The translations under genes were made by a program, and so were the position numbers. The notes below the pieces were generated by a model. It searched no databases. It was given only the letters and a program-made list of their open reading frames with translations, and was not told where the DNA came from. Shown here piece after piece: positions 55,101-64,000 of a stretch of 64,000 nucleotides of DNA; positions within the stretch are counted from its first letter, which is position 1, and each line of letters begins with the position of its first letter. The stretch spans positions 16,616,001-16,680,000 of the forward strand of contig OZ024742.1 in the NCBI GenBank assembly GCA_964016885.1. Direction: 5' to 3'. The DNA comes from Eledone cirrhosa (lineage: Eukaryota).

Positions 55101-58100
55101 TCCTCCTGTCACCATCCCCAATGTCTCTCCTCCTGTCACCATCCCCAATGTCTCTCCTCCTGTCACCATCCCTAATGTCTCTCCTCCTGTCACCATCCCC
55201 AATGTCTCTCCTCCTGTCACCATCCCCAATGTCTCTCCTCCTGTCACCATCCCCAATGTCTCTCCTCCTGTCACCATCCCCAATGTCTCTCCTCCTGTCA
55301 CCATCCCTAATGTCTCTCCTCCTGTCACCATCCCCAATGTCTCTCCTCCTGTCACCATCCCTAATGTCTCTCCTCCTGTCACCATCCCTAATGTCTCTCC
55401 TCCTGTCACCATCCCCAATGTCTCTCCTCCTGTCACCATCCCCAATGTCTCTCCTCCTGTCACCATCCCTAATGTCTCTCCTCCTGTCACCATCCCAAAT
55501 GTCTCTCCTCCTGTCACCATCCCCAATGTCTCTCCTCCTGTCACCATCCCAAATGTCTCTCCTCCTGTCACCATCCCTAATGTCTCTCCTCCTGTCACCA
55601 TCCCTAATGTCTCTCATCCTGTCACCATCCCTAATGTCTCTCATCCTGTCACCATCCCTAATGTCTCTCATCCTGTCACCATCCACAATGTCTCTCCTCC
55701 TGTCACCATCCCTAATGTCTCTCCTCCTGTCACCATCCCCAATGTCTCTCCTCCTGTCACCATCCCCAATGTCTCTCCTCCTGTCACCATCCCTAATGTC
55801 TCTCCTCCTGTCACCATCTCCAATGTCTCTCCTCCTGTCACCATCCCTAATGTCTCTCCTCCTGTCACCATCCCCAATGTCTCTCCTCCTGTCACCATCC
55901 CCAATGTCTCTCCTCCTGTCACCATCCCTAATGTCTCTCCTCCTGTCACCATCCCTAATGTCTCTCCTCCTGTCACCATCCCCAATGTCTCTCCTCCTGT
56001 CACCATCCCTAATGTCTCTCCTCCTGTCACCATCCCTAATGTCTCTCCTCCTGTCACCATCCCCAATGTCTCTCCTCCTGTCACCATCCCTAATGTCTCT
56101 CCTCCTGTCACCATCCCTAATGTCTCTCCTCCTGTCACCATCCCCAATGTCTCTCCTCCTGTCACCATCCCCAATGTCTCTCCTCCTGTCACCATCCCTA
56201 ATGTCTCTCCTCCTGTCACCATCCCCAATGTCTCTCCTCCTGTCACCATCCCTAATGTCTCTCATCCTGTCACCATCCCTAATGTCTCTAATCCTGTCAC
56301 CATCCCCAATGTCTCTCCTCCTGTCACCATCCCTAACGTCTCTCCTCCTGTCACCATCCCTAATGTCTCTCATCCTGTCACCATCCCTAATGTCTCTCCT
56401 CCTGTCACCATCCCTAATGTCTCTCCTCCTGTCACCATCCCCAATGTCTCTCCTCCTGTCACCATCCCCAATGTCTCTCCTCCTGTCACCATCCCTAATG
56501 TCTCTCCTCCTGTCACCATCCCCAATGTCTCTCCTCCTGTCACCATCCCCAATGTCTCTCCTCCTGTCACCATCCCTAATGTCTCTCCTCCTGTCACCAT
56601 CCCCAATGTCTCTCCTCCTGTCACCATCCCCAATGTCTCTCCTCCTGTCACCATCCCCAATGTCTCTCCTCCTGTCACCATCCCCAATGTCTCTCCTCCT
56701 GTCACCATCCCCAATGTCTCTCCTCCTGTCACCATCCCAAATGTCTCTCCTCCTGTCACCATCCCTAATGTCTCTCCTCCTGTCACCATCCCTAATGTCT
56801 CTCCTCCTGTCACCATCCCCAATGTCTCTCCTCCTGTCACCATCCCTAATGTCTCTCCTCCTGTCACCATCCCTAATGTCTCTCCTCCTGTCACCATCCC
56901 CAATGTCTCTCCTCCTGTCACCATCCCCAATGTCTCTCCTCCTATCACCATCCCTAATGTCTCTCATCCTGTCACCATCCACAATGTCTCTCCTCCTGTC
57001 ACCATCCCTAATGTCTCTCCTCCTGTCACCATCCCCAATGTCTCTCCTCCTGTCACCATCCCCAATGTCTCTCCTCCTGTCACCATCCCCAATGTCTCTC
57101 CTCCTGTCACCATCCCCAATGTCTCTCCTCCTGTCACCATCCCAAATGTCTCTCCTCCTGTCACCATCCCCAATGTCTCTCCTCCTGTCACCATCCCAAA
57201 TGTCTCTCCTCCTGTCACCATCCCCAATGTATCTCCTCCTGTCACCATCCCCAATGTCTCTCCTCCTGTCACCATCCCTAATGTCTCTCCTCCTGTCACC
57301 ATCCCCAATGTCTCTCCTCCTGTCACCATCCCCAATGTCTCTCCTCCTGTCACCATCCCCAATGTCTCTCCTCCTGTCACCATCCCAAATGTCTCTCCTC
57401 CTGTCACCATCCCCAATGTCTCTCCTCCTGTCACCATCCCCAAGTCTCTCCTCCTGTCACCATCCCTAATGTCTCTCCTCCTGTCACCATCCCCAATGTC
57501 TCTCCTCCTGTCACCATCCCCAATGTCTCTCCTCCTGTCACCATCCCCAATGTCTCTCCTCCTGTCACCATCCCCAATGTCTCTCCTCCTGTCACCATCC
57601 CAAATGTCTCTCCTCCTGTCACCATCCCCAATGTCTCTCCTCCTGTCACCATCCCCAATGTCTCTCCTCCTGTCACCATCCCTAATGTCTCTCCTCCTGT
57701 CACCATCCCTAATGTCTCTCCTCCTGTCACCATCCCCAATGTCTCTCCTCCTGTCACCATCCCTAATGTCTCTCCTCCTGTCACCATCCCCAATGTCTCT
57801 CCTCCTGTCACCATCCCTAATGTCTCTCCTCCTGTCACCATCCCCAATGTCTCTCCTCCTGTCACCATCCCTAATGTCTCTCCTCCTGTCACCATCCCCA
57901 ATGTCTCTCCTCCTGTCACCATCCCTAATGTCTCTCCTCCTGTCACCATCCCCAATGTCTCTCCTCCTGTCACCATCCCCAATGTCTCTCCTCCTGTCAC
58001 CATCCCCAATGTCTCTCCTCCTGTCACCATCCCCAATGTCTCTCCTCCTGTCACCATCCCTAATGTCTCTCCTCCTGTCACCATCCCCAATGTCTCTCCT

Positions 58101-61100
58101 CCTGTCACCATCCCTAATGTCTCTCCTCCTGTCACCATCCCTAATGTCTCTCCTCCTGTCACCATCCCCAATGTCTCTCCTCCTGTCACCATCCCCAATG
58201 TCTCTCCTCCTGTCACCATCCCTAATGTCTCTCCTCCTGTCACCATCCCAAATGTCTCTCCTCCTGTCACCATCCCCAATGTCTCTCCTCCTGTCACCAT
58301 CCCAAATGTCTCTCCTCCTGTCACCATCCCCAATGTCTCTCCTCCTGTCACCATCCCCAATGTCTCTCCTCCTGTCACCATCCCAAATGTCTCTCCTCCT
58401 GTCACCATCCCCAATGTCTCTCCTCCTGTCACCACCCCAAATGTCTCTCCTCCTGTCACCATCCCCAATGTCTCTCCTCCTGTCACCATCCCAAATGTCT
58501 CTCCTCCTGTCACCATCCCCAATGTCTCTCCTCCTGTCACCATCCCCAATGTCTCTCCTCCTGTCACCATCCCTAATGTCTCTCCTCCTGTCACCATCCC
58601 TAATGTCTCTCATCCTGTCACCATCCCTAATGTCTCTCCTCCTGTCACCATCCCTAATGTCTCTCCTCCTGTCACCATCCCCAATGTCTCTCCTCCTGTC
58701 ACCATCCTCAATGTCTCTCCTCCTGTCACCATCCCTAATGTCTCTCCTCCTGTCACCATCCCCAATGTCTCTCCTCCTGTCACCATCCCCAATGTCTCTC
58801 CTCCTGTCACCATCCCTAATGTCTCTCCTCCTGTCACCATCCCCAATGTCTCTCCTCCTGTCACCATCCCCAATGTCTCTCCTCCTGTCACCATCCCCAA
58901 TGTCTCTCCTCCTGTCACCATCCCCAATGTCTCTCCTCCTGTCACCATCCCTAATGTCTCTCCTCCTGTCACCATCCCCAATGTCTCTCCTCCTGTCACC
59001 ATCCCTAATGTCTCTCCTCCTGTCACCATCCCTAATGTCTCTCCTCCTGTCACCATCCCCAATGTCTCTCCTCCTGTCACCATCCCCAATGTCTCTCCTC
59101 CTGTCACCATCCCTAATGTCTCTCCTCCTGTCACCATCCCAAATGTCTCTCCTCCTGTCACCATCCCCAATGTCTCTCCTCCTGTCACCATCCCAAATGT
59201 CTCTCCTCCTGTCACCATCCCTAATGTCTCTCCTCCTGTCACCATCCCTAATGTCTCTCATCCTGTCACCATCCCTAATGTCTCTCATCCTGTCACCATC
59301 CCTAATGTCTCTCATCCTGTCACCATCCACAATGTCTCTCCTCCTGTCACCATCCCTAATGTCTCTCCTCCTGTCACCATCCCCAATGTCTCTCCTCCTG
59401 TCACCATCCCCAATGTCTCTCCTCCTGTCACCATCCCCAATGTCTCTCCTCCTGTCACCATCCCAAATGTCTCTCCTCCTGTCACCATCCCCAATGTCTC
59501 TCCTCCTGTCACCATCCCAAATGTCTCTCCTCCTGTCACCATCCCTAATGTCTCTCCTCCTGTCACCATCCCTAATGTCTCTCCTCCTGTCACCATCCCC
59601 AATGTCTCTCCTCCTGTCACCATCCCCAATGTCTCTCCTCCTGTCACCATACCTAATGTCTCTCATCCTGTCACCATCCCTAATGTCTCTCCTCCTGTCA
59701 CCATCCCCAATGTCTCTCCTCCTGTCACCATCCCTAATGTCTCTCATCCTGTCACCATCCCTAATGACTCTCCTCCTGTCACCATCCCCAATGTCTCTCC
59801 TCCTGTCACCATCCCCAATGTCTCTCCTCCTGTCACCATTCCCAATATCTCTCCTCCTGTCACCCTCCCCAATATCTCTCCTCCTGTCACCATCCCCAAT
59901 GCCTCTCCTCTTGTCACCATCTACAATGTCTCTCCTCCTGTCACCATCCCCAATGTCTTTCCTCCTGTCACCATCCCCAATGTCTCTCCTCCTGTCACCA
60001 TCCCTAATGTCTCTCCTCCTGTCATCATCCCCAATGTCTCTCCTCCTGTCACCATCCCTAATGTCTCTCCTCCTGTCACCATCCCCTATGTCTCTCCTCT
60101 TGTCACCATCCCCAATGTCTCTCCTCCTGTCACCATCCCCAATGTCTCTCCTCCTGTCACCATTCCCAATGTCTCTCCTCTTGTCACCATCCACAATGTC
60201 TCTCCTCCTGTCACCATCCCCAATCTCTCTCCTCCTGTTACCCTTCCCAATGTCTCTCCTCTTTTCACCATACACAATGTCTCTCCTCCTGTCACCATCC
60301 CCAATGTCTCTCCTCCTGTCAGCCTCCCCAATGTCTCTCCTCTTGTCAACATCCCTAATGTCTCTCCTCCTGTCACCATCCCCAATGTCTCTCCTCCTGT
60401 CACCATCCCCAATGTCTCTCCTCCTGTCACCATTCCCAATGTCTCTCCTCTTGTCACCATCCACAATGTCTCTCCTCCTGTCACCATCCCCAATCTCTCT
60501 CCTCCTGTTACCCTTCCCAATGTCTCTCCTCTTGTCACCATACACAATGTCTCTCCTCCTGTCACCATCCCCAATGTCTCTCCTCCTGTCATCATCCCCA
60601 ATGTCTCTCCTCCTGTCACCATCCCCAATGTCTCTCCTCCTGTCACCATCCCCAATGTCTCTCCTCCTGTCACCATCCCCAATGTCTCTCCTCCTGTCAC
60701 CATCCCCAATGTCTCTCCTCCTGTCACCATCCCTAATGTCTCTCCTCCTGTCACCATCCCAAATGTCTCTCCTCCTGTCACCATCCCCAATGTCTCTCCT
60801 CCTGTCACCATCCCAAATGTCTCTCCTCCTGTCACCATCCCCAATGTCTCTCCTCCTGTCACCATCCCCAATGTCTCTCCTCCTGTCACCATCCCAAATG
60901 TCTCTCCTCCTGTCACCATCCCCAATGTCTCTCCTCCTGTCACCACCCCAAATGTCTCTCCTCCTGTCACCATCCCCAATGTCTCTCCTCCTGTCACCAT
61001 CCCAAATGTCTCTCCTCCTGTCACCATCCCCAATGTCTCTCCTCCTGTCACCATCCCCAATGTCTCTCCTCCTGTCACCATCCCCAATGTCTCTCCTCCT

Positions 61101-64000
61101 GTCACCATCCCCAATGTCTCTCCTCCTGTCACCATTCCCAATGTCTCTCCTCTTGTCACCATCCACAATGTCTCTCCTCCTGTCACCATCCCCAATCTCT
61201 CTCCTCCTGTTACCCTTCCCAATGTCTCTCCTCTTGTCACCATACACAATGTCTCTCCTCCTGTCACCATCCCCAATGTCTCTCCTCCTGTCAGCCTCCC
61301 CAATGTCTCTCCTCTTGTCAACATCCACAATGTCTCTCCTCCTGTCACCATCCCCAATGTCTCTCCTCCTGTCACCATTCCCAATATCTCTCCTCCTGTC
61401 ACCCTCCCCAATATCTCTCCTCCTGTCACCATCCCCAATGCCTCTCCTCTTGTCACCATCCCCAATGTCTTTCCTCCTGTCACCATCCCCAATGTCTCTC
61501 CTCCTGTCACCATCCCTAATGTCTCTCCTCCTGTCATCATCCCCAATGTCTCTCCTCCTGTCACCATCCCTAATGTCTCTCCTCCTGTCACCATCCCCTA
61601 TGTCTCTCCTCTTGTCACCATCCCTAATGTCTCTCCTCCTGTCACCATCCCCAATATTTCTCCTCTTGTCACCATACACAATGTCTCTCCTCCTGTCACC
61701 ATCCTCAATGTCTCTCCTCCTGTCACCATCCCCAATATCTCTCCTCCTGTCACCCATCCCAATGTCTCTCCTCTTGTCACCATCCACAATGTCTCTCCTC
61801 CTGTCACCATCCCAAATATCTCTCCTCTTGTCACCATCCACAATGTCTCTCCTCCTGTCACCATCCCCAATGTCTCTCCTGTTGTCACCATCCACAATGT
61901 CTCTCCTCCTATCACCATCCCTAATGTCTCTCCTCCTGTCACCATCCCCAATGTCTCTCCTCCTGTCACCATCCCCAATGTCTCTCCTCCTGTCACCATT
62001 CCCAATGTCTCTCCTCTTGTCACCATCCACAATGTCTCTCCTCCTGTCACCATCCCCAATGTCTCTCCTCCTGTTACCCTTCCCAATGTCTCTCCTCTTG
62101 TCACCATCCCCAATGCCTCTCCTCTTGTCACCATCCACAATGTCTCTCCTCCTGTCACCATCCCCAATGTCTTTCCTCTTGTCACCATCCACAATGTCTC
62201 TCCTCCTGTCACCATCCTCAATGTCTCTCCTCCTGTCACCATCCCCAATATCTCTCCTCCTGTCACCATCCCCAATATCTCTCCTCCTGTCACCATCCCC
62301 AATGTCTCTCCTCTTGTCACCATCCCCAATGTCTCTCCTCTTGTCACCATCCACAATGTCTCTCCTCCTGTCACCATCCCCAAGTCTCTCCTCTTGTCAC
62401 CATCCACAATGTCTCTCCTCCTGTCACCATCCTCAATATCTCTCCTCCTGTCACCATCCCCAATGTCTCTCCTCCTGTCACCATCCCCAATGTCTCTCCT
62501 CCTGTCACCATCCCTAATGTCTCTCCTCCTGTCACCATCCCCAATGTCTCTCCTCTTGTCACCATCCCTAATGTCTCTCCTCCTGTCACCATCCCTAATG
62601 TCTCTCCTCCTGTCACCATCCCCAATGTCTCTCCTCTTGTCACCATCCCTAATCTCTCTCGTCCTGTCACCATCCACAATGTCTCTCCTACTGTCACCAT
62701 CCTCAATGTCTCTCCTCCTGTCACCATCCCCAATGTCTCTCCTCCTGTCACCCTCCCCAATGTCTCTCCTCTTGTCACCATCCACAATGTCTCTCCTCCT
62801 GTCACCATCCCAAATGTCTCTCCTCTTGTCACCATCCACAATGTCTCTCCTCCTGTCACGTCTCTCCTCTTGTCACCATCCACAATGTCTCTCCTCCTGT
62901 AACCATCCTCAATGTCTCTCCTCCTGTCACCATCCCCAATGTCTCTCCTCCTGTCACCCTCCCCAATGTTTCTCCTCTTGTCACCATCCACAATGTCTCT
63001 CCTCCTGTCACCATCCCTAATGTCTCTCCTCCTGTCACCATCCCCAATGATTCTCCTCTTGTCACCATCCACAATGTCTCTCCTCCTGTCACCATCCTCA
63101 ATGTCTCTCCTCCTGTCACCATCCCCAATGTCTCTCCTCCTGTCACCCTCCCCAATGTCTCTCCTCTTGTCACCATCCACAATGTCTCTCCTCCTGTCAC
63201 CATCTCAAATGTCTCTCCTCTTGTCACCATCCACAATGTCTCTCCTCCTGTCACGTCTCTCCTCTTGTCACCATCCACAATGTCTCTCCTCCTGTCACCA
63301 TCCCCAATGTCTCTCCTCCTGTCACCCTCCCCAATGTTTCTCCTCTTGTCACCATCCACCATGTCTCTCCTCCTGTCACCATCCCTAATGTCTCTCCTCC
63401 TGTCACCATCCCCAATGTTTCTCCTCTTGTCACCATCCCCAATGTCTCTCCTCCTGTCACCATCCCCAATGTCTCTCCTCCTGTCACCATCCCTAATGTC
63501 TCTCCTCCTGTCACCATCCCTAATGTCTCTCCTCCTGTCACCATCCCCAATGTCTCTCCTCCTGTCACCATCCCTAATGTCTCTCCTCCTGTCACCATCC
63601 CCAATGTCTCTCCACCTGTCACCATCCCTAATGTCTCTCCTCCTGTCACCATCCCCAATGTCTCTCCTCCTGTCACCATCCCTAATGTCTCTCCTCCTGT
63701 CACCATCCCCAATGTCTCTCCTCCTGTCACAATCCCCAATGTCTCTCCTCCTGTCACCATCCCTAATGTCTCTCCTCCTGTCACCATCCCTAATGTCTCT
63801 CCTCCTGTCACCATCCCCAATGTCTCTCCTCCTGTCACCATCCCTAATGTCTCTCCTCCTGTCACCATCCCTAATGTCTCTCCTCCTGTCACCATCCCCA
63901 ATGTCTCTCCTCCTGTCACCATCCCTAATGTCTCTCCTCCTGTCACCATCCCTAATGTCTGTCCTCCTGTCACCATCCCCAATGTCTCTCCTCCTGTCAC
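19132..64000. repeat. Giant 27-bp tandem array, consensus CTGTCACCATCCCCAATGTCTCTCCTC, about 1,660 units, continuing past the window end
   Basis: Uninterrupted head-to-tail units over ~44.9 kb with no foreign insertion seen; strongly C/T-rich plus strand. Confidence 0.98.

Noticed and set aside
18929-64000. Giant ORFs (up to 4506 aa) over the 27-bp array as real genes
   Set aside because: They overlap in five frames, switch peptide register at indels and follow from a stop-free unit whose length is a multiple of 3. Only the VTIPNVSPP frame is kept, as a hypothesis.
19132-64000. CRISPR-like array
   Set aside because: Units are directly adjacent with no unique spacers, there are no cas genes, and the context is eukaryotic.

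Overview
AT-rich animal DNA with no host protein-coding gene that can be supported. The SINE type and the dense (TA)n/(CA)n microsatellites suggest an octopus or other cephalopod, which is an inference. The first ~19 kb is a mosaic of mobile DNA inserted at microsatellites: a decayed Tc1/mariner element with intact TIRs, a hAT-like MITE, four tRNA-derived SINE copies, a 3' LINE fragment and several Penelope-like element (PLE) insertions. The PLEs include a near full-length RT + C-terminal GIY-YIG copy (probably Hydra clade) with tandem and inverted partial copies, and a 5'-truncated GIY-YIG copy with 310-bp inverted arms. There are also two ORF-less palindromes, one carrying a canonical minimal hammerhead ribozyme on each strand. 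From ~19132 to the window end (~45 kb, about 1,660 units) is a single 27-bp tandem array (CTGTCACCATCCCCAATGTCTCTCCTC). It has higher-order repeats, layered variant domains and a homogenised core whose common variants are synonymous in the VTIPNVSPP frame. The giant ORFs over the array are mostly a by-product of a stop-free 27-bp unit.
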